DNA of 50,453 nucleotides from Patescibacteria group bacterium (GTDB taxonomy: Bacteria; Patescibacteriota; Saccharimonadia; Saccharimonadales; JAUPVS01), in NCBI GenBank assembly GCA_030916945.1, contig JAUPVS010000005.1:1-50453 (forward strand). Reading direction: 5' to 3'. The position numbers and the translations under genes were made by a program. The notes below the pieces were generated by a model that worked only from the letters and a program-made list of their open reading frames with translations, was not told the origin of the DNA and did no database searches. Positions within the stretch are counted from its first letter, which is position 1. Each line of letters opens with the position of its first letter. This document shows, piece after piece, positions 48,989-50,453 of the stretch.

Positions 48989-49513
48989 ATGCCTCATTTA
49001 CATACCAAACCGGGACAATACGACCATACTGTCAGCGCTTACATAATTAGAACCGATTTTGCTGAGCCTAAGCTGATGTTGCACAAGCACAAAAAACTGG
49101 GTCGCTGGATGCAGTTTGGCGGCCACATCGAACTCAACGAAAACCCCTGGCAAGCAATTTGCCACGAGCTCCAAGAAGAAACCGGCTATCAAATGAGCCA
49201 GCTCAAAGTTTTGCAGCCGCCAGAACGCCTCAAGCTATCGACCGATGGCAACCTGCACCCGGTACCGGCCAGCTACTTCTCACACCCGTTCGTTGGCGAA
49301 GATCATTTTCATAGCGATGCTGGCTTTATATTGGTTGCCAGTGAGTCCCCAGCTGGTGCTGTCAGCGACGGCGAAGTAACCGAATTCGAGTTTTTTAGTG
49401 CGGCCGAGCTAGCCAAGCTAGACACCTTTGCGGACGTCCGCGACATTGGCCTGTTTGGCCTTAATACCTGCCTCCCCAACTGGGAACAGGTGCCAGCCAC
49501 CGACTATAACTGA
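48989..49513 (+). CDS. Nudix hydrolase
   Basis: HKKL..W...GGHIELNENPWQAICHELQEETGY; H.H.D motif. Confidence 0.88.
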   Translation: MPHLHTKPGQYDHTVSAYIIRTDFAEPKLMLHKHKKLGRWMQFGGHIELNENPWQAICHELQEETGYQMSQLKVLQPPERLKLSTDGNLHPVPASYFSHPFVGEDHFHSDAGFILVASESPAGAVSDGEVTEFEFFSAAELAKLDTFADVRDIGLFGLNTCLPNWEQVPATDYN

Positions 49514-49516
49514 GCG

Positions 49517-50284
49517 CTAGCGACCTTCGGCCTCGGCTGGTGTCATAGTGGTTTTTAGGCAACCAACCGGGTTTTGCTGCGATACGTCATATAACTGATA
49601 GCCGGTGGTAGTGTTCCACTGGTTTTGCATGGTTTTTAGTTCGGTTAATAGCTGGTCCTTAACATTTGCCGCCAACAAATTGGATGGGCAGTAATGGGTA
49701 GTCTGGCCATCGGCATCTTTGTTGATCTGGACTTCGAACCGTAGCAGGCCATTATTTTGAACATTGGGTTCGCCCAGCGGATCACCGGCCTTAACTGTGT
49801 CGCCTTGCTTAACGGTCAGTTTTACCAGGTGGTCGTAGCCAATCGTCCAGGCGGAGCCGTCTTTGGGCTGAACCATTACTTCGTAGTCATTGCTGTCGTT
49901 CTGCAACTTAACAAAGGTTACGGTGCCATCGATGGCGGCAACGGCTTTGGTGCCTGTTTTGAGTGAGGCGTACTCGAAGTTAGGGTTCTTGCGAGTGTCG
50001 TCCAGTTTTTCGCCAAATATATAGAAGCCTTTCAAGCCACGACTTTGGTATTCGCGCGTAGCTTGAGTGGTAACGTCAACGTTGCTAAGCGTGTCAATGC
50101 CGAGGTTTTGCAGAACCAGGTCGGATTCCGTGGTCGTCTTGGACGGTTGCTGGCTATTGGTGTTGTTGTCTTTTTTCTGTCCCAAAACTCGATAACCAGC
50201 AAACCCAACTACGGCAATTGCCACAATTACCAGCGATACGGCTATTAGGTGCGACCCAGTTTGGTCGAGCTTTTTCAGCTTCAT
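49517..50284 (-). CDS. Membrane-anchored M23 peptidase-like protein lacking zinc ligands, with prepilin-like N-terminus
   Basis: GT..VA...G.V, YDHL....VK.GD.VK.GD.LG and FEV M23 scaffold; N-terminus KKLDQTG followed by a hydrophobic helix. Confidence 0.75.
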   Translation of the reverse strand: MKLKKLDQTGSHLIAVSLVIVAIAVVGFAGYRVLGQKKDNNTNSQQPSKTTTESDLVLQNLGIDTLSNVDVTTQATREYQSRGLKGFYIFGEKLDDTRKNPNFEYASLKTGTKAVAAIDGTVTFVKLQNDSNDYEVMVQPKDGSAWTIGYDHLVKLTVKQGDTVKAGDPLGEPNVQNNGLLRFEVQINKDADGQTTHYCPSNLLAANVKDQLLTELKTMQNQWNTTTGYQLYDVSQQNPVGCLKTTMTPAEAEGR

Positions 50285-50453
50285 AACTACATTCTAGCGG
50301 CCAGGTGGCCGGGTGGCAAGCCGCTTATGATTAATAAACTGTGGGGGTGCGTGTGCGTTCCTGAACAAAATACGAATGGGTTTCCGCAAGTGCGTTTGGG
50401 GTGCTCCACATATTTGACATGATTATTAAGTAACATAATTAACTTAGTTAATA

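Noticed and set aside
50340-50453. Possible structured RNA and TTGACA promoter at the window end
   Set aside because: Pairing of TGTGGGG with CTCCACA is short. TTGACA (50414-50419) is only 14 nt from CATAAT. The downstream context is outside the window.

Overview
Chromosomal housekeeping region of a small, gene-dense bacterium. It is most likely Candidatus Saccharibacteria (Patescibacteria/CPR), inferred from gene content, a split transketolase, a CPR-style L19 tail and very short intergenic spaces. Genetic code 11 fits, with TGA used as stop. The window holds about 50 CDS: nusA (partial), pepN, yraN, rnhB, rplS, a PilB/GspE ATPase, a TrmH-type methylase, dnaE, galU, a sortase with an adjacent LAxTG surface protein, gatCAB, a HerA/VirD4-like ATPase, uvrB, a central-carbon cluster (gap-rpiB-rpe-tktN/C-fba-pfkB-unknown-LOG), ppa, a thioredoxin reductase/NrdH-like redox group, three Nudix enzymes and ABC transporters. 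I found no rRNA, tRNA, CRISPR array, transposase or integrase. Most notable: (1) a possible nucleotide-to-ribose-5-phosphate catabolic cluster containing a large unknown protein; (2) a sortase-substrate pair; (3) pervasive leaderless gene starts (TAnnnT 6-9 nt before the start codon); (4) a pilin-like-anchored M23 domain lacking its catalytic residues; (5) an ATPase coupled to a Cys-ladder protein; (6) a HEPN-like gene inside gatCAB; (7) tandem NrdR boxes and a nusA leader attenuator. All product calls come from motif recognition by eye; no database search was run.
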